DNA of 64,000 nucleotides from Pseudomonadota bacterium (lineage in GTDB: Bacteria; Pseudomonadota; Alphaproteobacteria; Rickettsiales; SXRF01): assembly GCA_038043465.1 (NCBI GenBank), contig JBBTBX010000001.1, forward strand, positions 30,686 to 94,685, given 5' to 3'. This document shows, one piece after another, positions 27,101-36,400 of this stretch; position 1 is the stretch's first letter; each line of letters begins with the position of its first letter. Position numbers and translations under genes: made by a program. The notes under the pieces were generated by a model, which did no database searches, was not told the DNA's origin, and saw only the letters and a list, made by a program, of their open reading frames with translations.

Positions 27101-27603
27101 TTGTAAACTTTACCACTGGTAATACTACAATTGATATAGATTCTTCTGAGAAAGCCCTTGCTGTACAGGCTGCCCTCAAGACTGCGTTTGGTGCAACCGC
27201 CGGTTCATCTTCGCTGTCCTTCCAAGTTGGATCTTCTTCAAGTGATACTCTCGAAGTAAGTATCGGTAGTGCGCAGACTTCTTCACTGTATGCGGGTAAA
27301 ACGTTGAACGTATTGAGTCAGGAAGACGCTATTATAGCTGGCGACCAGCTTGATATAGCACTGGCAACAGTGACTTCACTACGTGCATCGGTTGGTGCGC
27401 TTCAGTCACGATTCAACTTTGCTGCAGCTAACATCCAGATTGCGGTTCAAAATCAGGATGCTGCTCGTGGTGAACTATTGGATACTGACGTTGCGACAGA
27501 ATCAACAGCGTTTGCTACTTCGCAGGTTAAGCTACAGGCTGGTATCTCAGTACTAGCTCAGGCTAACCAGCAGTTGCAGAACTTGTTGAAACTGATTCAG
27601 TAG
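24121..27603 (+). CDS. fliC: Flagellin, 1160 aa (giant)
   Basis: Canonical termini: MANSINTNISAYFAQ...GTSLLQVADGAL...LDQEFQAL and LRASVGALQSRFNFAAANIQI...ATSQVKLQAGISVLAQANQ. About 890 aa lie between them. Confidence 0.9.
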   Translation: MANSINTNISAYFAQANIGAASASSSSSVSRLSSGNRIVKASDDVAALSTGTSLKTQVLALRTALTNASQGTSLLQVADGALSQVTEILQRQKAISLQAGSGSLTDTDRGYLDQEFQALSTEIDRLTGATNFNGVKLLNGSLSTTAAVAEVETAATKGSLSLNFGASNILVGEVVTINGTTLTAVASGATGAQFNLGANITETVSNLADRLNTLADSTTYNTTLGEAIYSAAGSTLTATARAGGALSNAFRLDNTPPAAITAIPIGDVDTTNGSASVVVTMANSYAVGQRVIINLGTDAAIGGIAHTALRGVITAATGASFTFTAQATATATAANATAATAILDAANTFNEATVTGGSQASYFNLFATTTGFTSATTVISAATSTAALPFQDGNTFTATVNGTSHTLHTFAASDTLKGLVDGINASSPTTGFSASLIMDSNNRYNIRIKAEGNTGPILINGGTNYYATGASTNLLTGDNLSTLDTIGNSTAAQFSGKSIISSGYTDLVGAAGAVTITAATQAATVIGATAAAPFVVGENVSVTINGESKILHTFVAADTLATVIASINAKTADTGVYAAVLSDADGLAAYNIRLYTTAPTPATDQFLVEAGIGSSLASSTLTTLTTTNGGLSRVTTATMQGGVDDGIGKGNTNATGSVGDSILQSLGTTKANASLLFTAIPTANDSITVGGQLFYFTSNTTAAPNEILIGSTVQETINNTVSALHNYVENGHAIGTAAYELNQIDISATANSLVFTAKAMGTVKTLTGGTSAIAESSTNIALVGGNLNNGSTNYGVDVTGIANSAFTGSISGFTATYTGTTDTIDLSVKIGDFTYTAQDVDATVTSDTRIRLYSDTVAGKNGGFFDIQLKANQVNSFTNQAGADAVAARLDGAFSSLNFLQNRNISSYTGSGSITSGGSVIGSLQGSKVTAQLKEFENVNLSDVKVVAPSGSNTDVRITLTISGVDYSTASGIGSELGANQTYKLVSSEDPNQFVNFTTGNTTIDIDSSEKALAVQAALKTAFGATAGSSSLSFQVGSSSSDTLEVSIGSAQTSSLYAGKTLNVLSQEDAIIAGDQLDIALATVTSLRASVGALQSRFNFAAANIQIAVQNQDAARGELLDTDVATESTAFATSQVKLQAGISVLAQANQQLQNLLKLIQ

Positions 27604-27620
27604 TTTATTAATTTAGGAAA

Positions 27621-27647
27621 GGCTCGGGGTGGTTAACACTCCGAGCC
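27621..27647 (+). terminator. Hairpin after fliC (attenuator or terminator)
   Basis: ggctcgg ggtggttaacact ccgagcc, 18 nt after the stop. No clear U-run. Confidence 0.45.
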
Positions 27648-27663
27648 AATCTTAGGAGGTTAT

Positions 27664-28026
27664 ATGAACAATTTAGGAATAACATCACCGCCCATTGTAA
27701 TAAAACCTGTAGTTTCTATGCCAAGTCCGGCGCCCGTGGCTAGTAAGTCCGAGGTGCCTTTTGTGTCAATAGGATCTGGTAGTACCGGCTTTGACGAGCA
27801 GGTTGCACAGCAACAAAGGTTCCAGGCGGTTCAGCGCATTTCTCAGAAAATGACTGATCCATATGTGGTAAGTGACAGAACTTTCACTATTTTTAAAGAC
27901 GCTACCGGACAATACATTACCAGATTCACCAGTTTGCGTGATGGTAAGGTAACTTATATTCCTGAGCCGAATTTGTTCAGGATGGGTGGCGAAAGTGAAA
28001 AAGTATCGTTTAATTTGAAGGTTTGA
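27664..28026 (+). CDS. flaG: Flagellar protein FlaG
   Basis: FTIFKDATGQYITRFTSLRDGKVTYIPEP is the FlaG signature region. Confidence 0.8.
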   Translation: MNNLGITSPPIVIKPVVSMPSPAPVASKSEVPFVSIGSGSTGFDEQVAQQQRFQAVQRISQKMTDPYVVSDRTFTIFKDATGQYITRFTSLRDGKVTYIPEPNLFRMGGESEKVSFNLKV

Positions 28027-28065
28027 TACAACTTTAAGTTGCTAGTTGCCAGGTGATAAAGGTTC

Positions 28066-28081
28066 AGGCATAATTTTTGCA
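28066..28081 (+). promoter_or_regulatory. Sigma54-type promoter upstream of fliD
   Basis: aGGCATaatttTTGCA matches TGGCAC-N5-TTGCA with correct GG/GC spacing. 129 nt before the fliD ATG. Confidence 0.5.
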
Positions 28082-28209
28082 TAGAATTTGTACAGGGTTT
28101 GCATAGGGTTTGTTTGGGTTTTGTAAATATAATATTGCAAATTGCTTGGTACTTTAAATTCACGACAGCGTTTAATAAAGCTGGGCTGGGATAGTCGAAA
28201 GGAAGTTTT

Positions 28210-30024
28210 ATGGTGAGTCAAATACAGATCGGTAATTTTTTCAAGTTTGGCGGAAAAACTGTATCGAATGGTGTTGGCGGATCTGGTATTGATACAGAGG
28301 CTCTGATCAAAGGGCTCACCGAGGCCAAGTCGATTCCTGCGACGCAATTACAGGATAAAATTGATGTAAATGCCAGTAAGGCTACGGCACTGGGCGAATT
28401 TAAAAGCCTGCTTGGTAAACTTAAGGATTCGGTGGCGATTTTGCGTAACCCTCCTGGGGTCGGTAATGCGGCGGACAATGCTTTTAAATATAGAACCGCT
28501 GTTATCAGCAGTAATACTGAAGTGTCAGGTTTGGAATATGTGGTGGCTACGGCTTCACCTGGTACAGCTTTGCAGTCTTACACAGTAAGCGAAATTACCA
28601 GCATTGCCAAAGCAAGAAAACAATCTACCGGTAACATAAATATTGCTACAGCTAATGATGCTGCGGTTTCAGCCGCTCCGGCGGCAGGGCAATTTAAAGC
28701 CGGTACTTTTACTCTTAAAGGCGAGAGCATAACACTGAATGATGGCGAAAGTCTGAACTCTGTGGCTGCCAAGTTTAATTCCATTTCCGATAAAACCGGA
28801 ATATCAGCCAGTATAATTAAAGTTGGAACTGGTGTTTACCAGCTTTCATTTGCTTCTACCAAGACTGGAACTGATGTGGATTTTGATTTTAACAACGTAA
28901 GTCCTGCCGGTACTCTGGTTGATGCTACCGGTGTTTTTACGCAGGTTACTATTTCAGATAAACAGCAAGCGTCTAATGCTGTTTTTAAATTCAATGGTGT
29001 GTCCATAACCAGGCAGGGCAATACTATAAGCGATTTGGTTGACGGACTTTCTCTGACCATCAAAAAAGATATGGTGGCTGCTCCTCTTACTGAAGTTGGG
29101 GTTTCCATTGAGGCGGATCAGAATATAGGGAAGAACAGCATCATCAATTTTGTTAATCTGTATAATGAACTGAAAGTTTTTGCTGCCAAGCAATCAGAGC
29201 TTGATGATAATGGTCTTTATAAAGATACGGCAGTGCTTAGTGATAGTGCGCTACTGCGTAATACTATGAGTTCTGTTGGGGGGATATTGTCGTCGATAGT
29301 TTCTGGTCTTGGCTTAAATGCTCCAAGCAGGCTTGCCGATGTGGGCATTACTTTTATTGATCAGGAAGCAACCACTGATTCACCTTCTGTACGTAATTTG
29401 ATGAGTGTTGATGATACAAAGCTCAGCACTGCCATAGCCAATGATCCGGATGCTGTACGCAAGATATTTGAATTTGATTTCGTGACCGATAATACTTCTC
29501 TACGTATTTTTTCGCGCACCAATGCGTTGAAGGCAACAGATTTTGACCTTACTATCACGCCCAGCACTTCCACTTACAAAGCAACTTATGATGATGGTTC
29601 GGGACCTGAAATCGTGGATCTGGATGCTATTGAGATTAAAAACGCATCTACCGGAGTTGTAACCGGTTACACTTTGAAAGGGAAGGTGGGTACGGCGTTT
29701 GAAGGGTTGGTTATGGTATATGCCAGCACTGCGGACGGCACTGCAAGTGTTAATGCTACGCAGGGTATCGCCGATAAAATTTTTAACGTTTCTGATGCTG
29801 TTCTAAAGAGCAATACTGGTACGCTTGCGGTTGAGCTTAACGCACTCAAAGATTCCGATACGCGTTTGAAGGAAAATATTGATAGAATAAACGCGCAGGT
29901 TGAAGTTTTTCGCCAACAATTGCTTGATAAATTTGCGCGTTTGGAACAAGCTATTTCCAACGTCAATACACTGCTCTCTAGTCTGCAGGCTAATGATGAT
30001 GCGCGAAATGGTATAAATAGCTAG
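28210..30024 (+). CDS. fliD: Flagellar filament cap protein FliD
   Basis: N-terminus GIDTEALIKGLTEAKSIPATQLQDKID and C-terminal coiled coil INAQVEVFRQQLLDKFARLEQAIS. Confidence 0.9.
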   Translation: MVSQIQIGNFFKFGGKTVSNGVGGSGIDTEALIKGLTEAKSIPATQLQDKIDVNASKATALGEFKSLLGKLKDSVAILRNPPGVGNAADNAFKYRTAVISSNTEVSGLEYVVATASPGTALQSYTVSEITSIAKARKQSTGNINIATANDAAVSAAPAAGQFKAGTFTLKGESITLNDGESLNSVAAKFNSISDKTGISASIIKVGTGVYQLSFASTKTGTDVDFDFNNVSPAGTLVDATGVFTQVTISDKQQASNAVFKFNGVSITRQGNTISDLVDGLSLTIKKDMVAAPLTEVGVSIEADQNIGKNSIINFVNLYNELKVFAAKQSELDDNGLYKDTAVLSDSALLRNTMSSVGGILSSIVSGLGLNAPSRLADVGITFIDQEATTDSPSVRNLMSVDDTKLSTAIANDPDAVRKIFEFDFVTDNTSLRIFSRTNALKATDFDLTITPSTSTYKATYDDGSGPEIVDLDAIEIKNASTGVVTGYTLKGKVGTAFEGLVMVYASTADGTASVNATQGIADKIFNVSDAVLKSNTGTLAVELNALKDSDTRLKENIDRINAQVEVFRQQLLDKFARLEQAISNVNTLLSSLQANDDARNGINS

Positions 30025-30054
30025 CAATAAAACAAGGAATAAAAAAGGAATAAA

Positions 30055-30534
30055 ATGGTTGAAAAACAAAAATACCAGGCATATGCCGCTGCCACGCAGA
30101 CCGTAGCTCCTGTTCGCCAGATTATATTGCTGTATGATGGAATTATCCGCCTTGTGCAGCAGGCAAAAGAAGCCATCAACGAAAAACGGATTGAAGACCG
30201 TTATAACTTGCTTATAAAAGCTTCCGAGCTGGTTGGTGGCTTGCAAGGTTGCCTCGATTTTGATAATGGCGGGGAAATCGCGAAAATCCTCTATAGCTAT
30301 TATTCATCAATTGATACGCGTTTATTTGCGATTCACCGCACTAATAGCATAGAGGAATGTGAATCGGTTATCGCCGATTTAAAACAGATGCGCAGTGCAT
30401 GGAATGATATTGATCAGGATAGTTCTCGCGCAGGGGCACAGGGAGGAAATGTTTCCGAGTTTCCTGTTGCTTCCAATTCCGGCAATGGTTCGATTATTCC
30501 GCCTTCTGCTGAGGGGCTGACGCTGTCAGCTTAG
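30055..30534 (+). CDS. fliS: Flagellar export chaperone FliS
   Basis: QIILLYDGIIRLVQQAKEAI...LIKASELVGGLQGCLDF fits the FliS four-helix pattern. Confidence 0.9.
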   Translation: MVEKQKYQAYAAATQTVAPVRQIILLYDGIIRLVQQAKEAINEKRIEDRYNLLIKASELVGGLQGCLDFDNGGEIAKILYSYYSSIDTRLFAIHRTNSIEECESVIADLKQMRSAWNDIDQDSSRAGAQGGNVSEFPVASNSGNGSIIPPSAEGLTLSA

Positions 30535-30633
30535 TAGTGGTCAGTGGCTGGGTGGACAGTGGTTGGTGAAGTAAGAAGTTGAGCTTCCATTATAAAGTCG
30601 TTATACACTGACCACCATCCACTAACCACCATT
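30535..30633. repeat. Heptad word array with distal inverted copy after fliS
   Basis: tagtggt cagtggc tgggtgg acagtgg ttggtga ... cactgaccaccatccactaaccacc. Confidence 0.8.
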
Positions 30634-30642
30634 TCCTAACTT

Positions 30643-30658
30643 TGGCACGGTCTTTGCT
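30643..30658 (+). promoter_or_regulatory. Sigma54-type promoter upstream of fliK
   Basis: TGGCACGgtctTTGCT is a near-perfect -24/-12 element, 44 nt before the fliK ATG. Confidence 0.65.
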
Positions 30659-30701
30659 TAATATTTCAGGTAGATAAAAACCTGAAGTTAAGTGAGGAAA
30701 T

Positions 30702-32537
30702 ATGCCGGCTTTACAATTCTCGTTAGCAACGCTAAGCGGATTAATTAATGGAAATCAGGCGGATAGCTCGGTTAAGGGTGGCGATGCATCAAGTAAAAAA
30801 TCTGGTGCTGACCAGTTTTCCTCGTTGCTTGACGTGGTAGGAAATACTGGTGATTCCGGTAATCAGGCGGGCTTTGGCAATAAAAAAGATGAAAAAGACC
30901 CAGCGGCTGTGGAAGTTAATGCCGCCCAGCCTTTCCGCGATCCTTTGGACAAAACCATCCAGAAAGTGTTGAGAAATAAAATAGAAAATAAAGAAACTAA
31001 TAAAAGTGAGGATAAAAATTCTGAGACTTCTACGCGTCCAGTTAAAAATACAAAAAATTATGATCAGAATAATGCGCCGGTAAGAGATAAAGTTGAGAGC
31101 AAAACTGTGGGTGATACAGAAGCTCCGGCCGATGAATTGACCTCTGAGGAATTGAAGGAAAAAATTGCCAGACATGCGGATAGCTTGAGTGATTTGCTGA
31201 ATATTATTGCACAGCTTCTGGCGGGTGCTGGTGTTGGTGGGCAGGTTCTGACGGTTAATGTGAATTCGCAGGTGAAAATAGATGTGGTTAGTTCTGCGGA
31301 TAATCTGGCGATTACTGACGCACAGAAAAATGCAGGATTGCCGGAGATATTTGCAGATTTGAAAAATACCCTTGCCCAGCTTCAGCAATTTTTGCAGGCG
31401 GCAAATTCTGAAGGAGCAGCGCAGGGTGCAGATGGCAATTTGTTGTTGAGTGATGAGCAGAATGCGGCACTTAATGCAATTAATGATGCTCTGCAAAATG
31501 ATTTGAACGCACTCAAGAATTTATTGCCACAAGGGCTTGGCGGAGATGATAAGAAAGCTGCGTCTGCTCTGGCACTTGATGCATTACATAATCAGGGTGT
31601 TGATGATGATAAATTATTTGCGATGGCAGAGGATGTTAAAAAATTGCTGGAAGATGATATCGCGCTGATTAAAGAAGCATTGCAGAAATTTCGCAGTGAC
31701 AGGGCAGGGGAATATCAGCAAGCTGATGTTGGTTCAAAGCTGCCGGTGAAGCCGCTTATCACTATCGCAGCAAATAATAATTCCTTGCTGCCTGAAGCTA
31801 ATAACAAACCGGATGCAATTGTTTCTGCGCCAATTGTGCAGCAGGCGGCGGGTGTTGCCAGCGAACAGCCAGTTACTTCGCAACAATCCATGCAGCAGCA
31901 AAATAATTCTCTTCTGCCGGTGGCTTCTGCGGTGCAGTCTGCTACAAGCTCAGACAGCAATAGTAATTTTTCGGGTAATTCCGGACAGAATAATAATGCC
32001 GGGCAGCAATTTTCACTGGCGGGAGCTGCGCCATCTTCTGCGCGGGCGAATGTTCCAGCAGGAGCTTCACAATTTTCGAGTATGCTTAACCGTGCCGAGC
32101 AAGTTCCGGTTACTGATCAGGTGGTGTTCCATGTAAAAACTGCCATCGGTAGTGGCAATAGCAAAATAACTATCCAGCTAAATCCGGAAGAATTGGGGAA
32201 ACTGGATATTACGCTCGATGTAGATTCCAAGGGTAAAACCGGAGTGACGATTACTGCGGATAATAAACAGGCTCTGGATTTGCTACAGCGTGATTCCAGC
32301 GGTTTGCAGAAAGCTCTTTCGGACGCCGGACTTAAAACTGATGCGGGAAGCTTGAGTTTTAATCTGCGTGGCGGTGAAAAAGAAGGGCAGGGGCAGAATC
32401 AATATCAGGCTACCAGCCAGTATCAAAAATCGCAGCCGGAAGAATTATTGCCGGAAGAAGTGAATATGGCATCGCTGGTGGCAGTGACGCGTAGCTATAC
32501 TGTTAATTTGCCAGATGGTCTGGATATTAAAATATAG
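30702..32537 (+). CDS. fliK: Flagellar hook-length control protein FliK
   Basis: Low-complexity N-terminal and central regions. C-terminal Flg_hook-type domain ITIQLNPEELGKLDITLDVD...GVTITADNKQALDLLQRD. Confidence 0.85.
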   Translation: MPALQFSLATLSGLINGNQADSSVKGGDASSKKSGADQFSSLLDVVGNTGDSGNQAGFGNKKDEKDPAAVEVNAAQPFRDPLDKTIQKVLRNKIENKETNKSEDKNSETSTRPVKNTKNYDQNNAPVRDKVESKTVGDTEAPADELTSEELKEKIARHADSLSDLLNIIAQLLAGAGVGGQVLTVNVNSQVKIDVVSSADNLAITDAQKNAGLPEIFADLKNTLAQLQQFLQAANSEGAAQGADGNLLLSDEQNAALNAINDALQNDLNALKNLLPQGLGGDDKKAASALALDALHNQGVDDDKLFAMAEDVKKLLEDDIALIKEALQKFRSDRAGEYQQADVGSKLPVKPLITIAANNNSLLPEANNKPDAIVSAPIVQQAAGVASEQPVTSQQSMQQQNNSLLPVASAVQSATSSDSNSNFSGNSGQNNNAGQQFSLAGAAPSSARANVPAGASQFSSMLNRAEQVPVTDQVVFHVKTAIGSGNSKITIQLNPEELGKLDITLDVDSKGKTGVTITADNKQALDLLQRDSSGLQKALSDAGLKTDAGSLSFNLRGGEKEGQGQNQYQATSQYQKSQPEELLPEEVNMASLVAVTRSYTVNLPDGLDIKI

Positions 32538-32579
32538 GGCTTATGGCATAAGGCATAAGGCATAAGGCTTAGGGATTAG
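32538..32579. repeat. Heptad word array (GGCATAA x3, GGGATTA)
   Basis: ggcttat ggcataa ggcataa ggcataa ggcttag ggattag, immediately after the fliK stop. Confidence 0.85.
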
Positions 32580-32593
32580 AAAGGTAGGAAGTT

Positions 32594-33280
32594 ATGGTTG
32601 CTAGTAGCTTTACAAGCAGAGTTGATAACATCAATAATGTAACGAATAAAAACGCGAGCGAGACTGATAAAGCGGCTGCTAAGGCGCAGACAAATTATCA
32701 GGATTTTCTCAAGCTGCTTACCACGCAGTTGCAGAATCAGGATCCGACTGCGCCGACTGATACTAACCAGCTCACGCAGCAGATAGCAACGCTTTCGCAG
32801 GTGGAGCAGCAGATTAATACTAACAGCAATTTGCAGAAATTAATCAGCCTGTTTAACACGAGCACCTTGAATAGTGTGGTCGGGTATATCGGCAAACAGG
32901 TGGAAGCAGATGGCGACAAGGGCGTTATGCAGGGAGGCAAGGCGAGCTTTGTTTATGATTTGGAAAAAGAAGCGCAAACTGTTGATTTGACAATATTAGA
33001 CCCTACCGGAAAAGAAGTTATGAAGGCAAATGGCACGAAAGTTGCAGGACGTAATGAAGTACTATGGGGAGGAAAGGATGGAGACGGAAAACAGTTAGCG
33101 GATGGGACTTATACTATTAAGGTTGTGGCTAAAGATGCTGCCGGAAATGATCTGAAAGCCAAGACCTCAACAGTTGGAGTGGTATCTTCGATAGACACAA
33201 AAGACGGAACAACAGTTTTGACATTAGGTGATGTAGTGGTGGCGTTGGATAAGGTTAAGTCGGTAAGACAGGCTATATAG
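32594..33280 (+). CDS. flgD: Flagellar hook assembly/capping protein FlgD
   Basis: YQDFLKLLTTQLQNQDPTAPTDTNQLTQQIATLSQVEQ plus a FlgD Ig-like C-terminus. Confidence 0.9.
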   Translation: MVASSFTSRVDNINNVTNKNASETDKAAAKAQTNYQDFLKLLTTQLQNQDPTAPTDTNQLTQQIATLSQVEQQINTNSNLQKLISLFNTSTLNSVVGYIGKQVEADGDKGVMQGGKASFVYDLEKEAQTVDLTILDPTGKEVMKANGTKVAGRNEVLWGGKDGDGKQLADGTYTIKVVAKDAAGNDLKAKTSTVGVVSSIDTKDGTTVLTLGDVVVALDKVKSVRQAI

Positions 33281-33328
33281 TAAGTAAAAAGTTTTTATAA
33301 CCCACGCTATGCGTGGTAACAAAAACTA

Positions 33329-33351
33329 TCCTCTCCCGCAGGGGGAGAGGA
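33329..33351. repeat. Short GEG-type palindrome, copy 2 (flgD-flgE spacer)
   Basis: tcctctcccgcagggggagagga, identical to 12534-12556. Confidence 0.85.
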
Positions 33352-33385
33352 ACGCAAGGTGAGAATTTGGTGAAGAATAACAAAA

Positions 33386-33418
33386 GATCCTGTGCAGCCT
33401 TACGGCTCACAGGATGAC
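33386..33418. repeat. GATCC-hairpin-GGATGAC half element (flgD-flgE spacer)
   Basis: gatcctgtg cagccttacggct cacaggatgac; same architecture as 43061-43099 and 53311-53337. Confidence 0.8.
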
Positions 33419-33433
33419 AGAAGGGGAGAAGTT

Positions 33434-36400
33434 ATGAGTTTATATGGTGCGTTATATTCTGGTGTATCTGGTCTTAAAGGTCAGAGTAACAAGATTGGTA
33501 TCATTTCCGACAATATTTCCAACGTGAACACGGTTGGTTATAAAGGAAACCGTGGCGGGTTTGAAAGTCTCGTGACTTCTTCTGCCAGCGAATCACAATT
33601 CTCACCTGGCGGTGTTATCGGCGCGAACCAACAGCTAGTGAACAAGCAAGGGCTGTTGCAATCTACCGATTCGTCAACTGACATTGCGGTTTCCGGCGAT
33701 GGTTTCTTTGTGGTAAACCAGCAATCTGACGGGGCAGGGCAGGTATATTACACCCGCGCCGGTTCGTTCACACAGGATGCGACTGGTAACTTCCGTAATG
33801 CCGCCGGATTTTTCCTACAGGCATGGCCACTGGATCGTGAAGGACGCTTGCCGGGGGAAACCGGAAATTTAAATACTAACTCCAGCGCGAACCTGACCAG
33901 CCTTACTACGGTCAACGTGACTAACCTCACCGGTGTTGCTGCTGCTACTTCGACAGTGTCAATCGGTGCTAACCTGAACTCGGCACAGACGGCATATCCT
34001 GGGGCTTCCGGCACTGCTAAACCAGATCCATTCCATACACAGAATAATGGAATTGCTGCGAAGGATATTTTGATTCCTGGTGGCGTGAACAGCCTTACCA
34101 GAGGTGATCGTATTACAGTTTCTACCGGTCAGGGACTTAGTTACACTTACCGTTACAGCGGTTTTACTTTCGGACGTGATGTTACTAATGCCGCCTCGGT
34201 TGGTGATAATGATCGGGCGGTTATTTCATCGCCGAATACTATAACTTCGGCTGCAGTGGCTATGGCAAATAACCCGGTTACTACCGGCGCGGCGGCTAGT
34301 ACTACCGTAACCATTACCAGTACGGCGCATGGTCTTACCACTGGGGATGCAGTAACTCTCGCTGGTCTTGCTACAACTGATGGCATTCCGGCTGGTGAAT
34401 TAAATGCTACCCATATTATTACGGTAACTGGTGCTAATACATTTACTATAACTACTACTACCGGTGCAACTGCTGGTGGTGTTACCGGTGGTGGTGCTGC
34501 TGGATTTAAAACTAATTTACCATTTAAAACTACCAATGCCAGTGCCGTGGTTACAGTAAGGCAGGTTGGGCACGGATTGGTTAATAATGAAGTGGTAACT
34601 TTGAGCGGTAACACCGGAGCTGTTGGCGGTATTCCGGCAGGTGACCTGAACGGTTCGTTTCTAGTCACGTACATTGATGATGACCATTATAGCATTACGG
34701 CAGCATCCACCGCTACCTCGACTGCCGGTGGCGGAGCTGGAACTGTGGTTGCCACCACCAGATTGTTTGGTGGCGCGATTATGGACGCGAATAATGCTAC
34801 AACTCGTTTCCTCGCTGATACTGGAACAAGTTCATTCAGCACATCGGCTCTTAAATTCACTATTACAACTACGGCAACAGGTACTGTGAATTTTAGCTAT
34901 ACTTCAGCGTCACCAAATGCACAGCTTGGACAGTTCAATACACTGAATAATCTTGCTGATGCCATAAATGCGGTAACAGGTCTTTCTGCCCGTGTCTCTG
35001 GTGGCAGGCTTTATGTTGGGGCGACCGATGCCAATGCCGCCATTACTTTTGCCAATGGCTCAAGTGTTGGTACTGCTGGTCCTCCGGTGCAGTGGGGTAT
35101 TGACTGGATAAGAGAACTTGGTTTATCTAATCTTGGTACTGGCTCTGATCGTTTTGCTTCTCTGGAAGGACTTGCGAATCTAGTCAATAATTCTTCTGGT
35201 TTGACCGCGACTATTGAGAGCGCGTTGTCATCAGCCAGCGTCAAAATCAACGTTAATAACCCGCTTGATACGATTACGTTCTCAGATTTTCCGGTGTTAC
35301 CTAACGTTACCCTTGGTGCTACTCCGTTTACTACAACGGCAGGCAGCGGAGTTGTAACCGTCACTTTACCGGCTGCTCCATCGCCATCATACGTTACCGG
35401 TGATGTGGTTGATATGGGAACTCTTGCCGGTGGTCCTTATGACGGAATTGCTGCTGCGAATCTTTCCGGACTGTTTGAGATTACTGTAGTGAATGCTACG
35501 ACCTTTACCATTGTTGCTAAGAATAATGCGGAAGCAACTGCTGGTGCAACAACTGGTCCTGCTGGTATTTCCATGGTGCAACCACAGAACTACGGAAGTC
35601 TTGTGGCAGAACTTGGTCTGGTTGACTCATTAAACGGTACTGCCTATTCAGTTGCCGGACCGCAGACGACAGGAGCAATTGGACCGGCTTATGACCCAGG
35701 TGATGCTGCCAAAAATATTGCTGGTGGTGCTATCACCGCACAATTCAGTCGCCCGATACGAGTCTATGACTCACTGGGAACGGGGCATGATTTGAGTATG
35801 AGTTTTATCAAAACTGATATTAATACCTGGGCTGTGGAAGTTTATGCTGCCAATGCAGGTGAGGTGACTTCGCCACTACCTAGCGGTCAGATTGTTACGG
35901 GCGCTATTACCTTCAATGGTGACGGTAGTTTGCAGAGTGTTGACAGTGCACTTATTAATCCGGTTGATATAACCTGGACCAATGGTTCGGTGTCGAGCAG
36001 TATTACTTTTAATTGGGGAACTTCCGGTTCACCGTTTGGCACTCCCAACGCTTCTTCAATCGGTAAGACCGATGGGCTTAGTCAGTTTAATAGTGCTTAT
36101 CGTGTGAATTTTGTGAATCAGAACGGTGCGCCAGTGGGTGACTTGACCAGCGTGGCTATTACCGAAGAAGGTTTTGTGGTTGCCAGTTACAGCAACGGGC
36201 AGACGCAGAATCTGTTTAAAATTCCGCTTGCTGATTTTGCTAACCCTAACCAACTCCAGACTTCATCGGGTAACGTGTTTTTACAATCCGCGCAATCAGG
36301 TGAGGTTAATTTGCGGCAATCGGGAAGCAGTGGTGTTGGTAAGATTGCTTCATCATCGCTTGAACAATCCAACGTGGAACTCGCGGATCAGTTGACTGAT

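Noticed and set aside
24121-27603. Enzymatic (flagellinolysin-type metalloprotease) flagellin.
   Set aside because: There is no HExxH motif or any other catalytic signature in the 1160 aa. The few His residues lie in HTLHTF, ILHTF and ENGHAIG contexts.
30789-31496. 235-aa minus-strand ORF inside fliK.
   Set aside because: Antisense to the low-complexity part of fliK. Highly Ile/Phe/Arg-rich with no motif.
33748-36372. Antisense and alternate-frame ORFs inside flgE, including a 173-aa ORF at 34153-34674 on the minus strand.
   Set aside because: Same reason: low-complexity translations (PV/AT-rich) with no start context, embedded in a confidently called gene.
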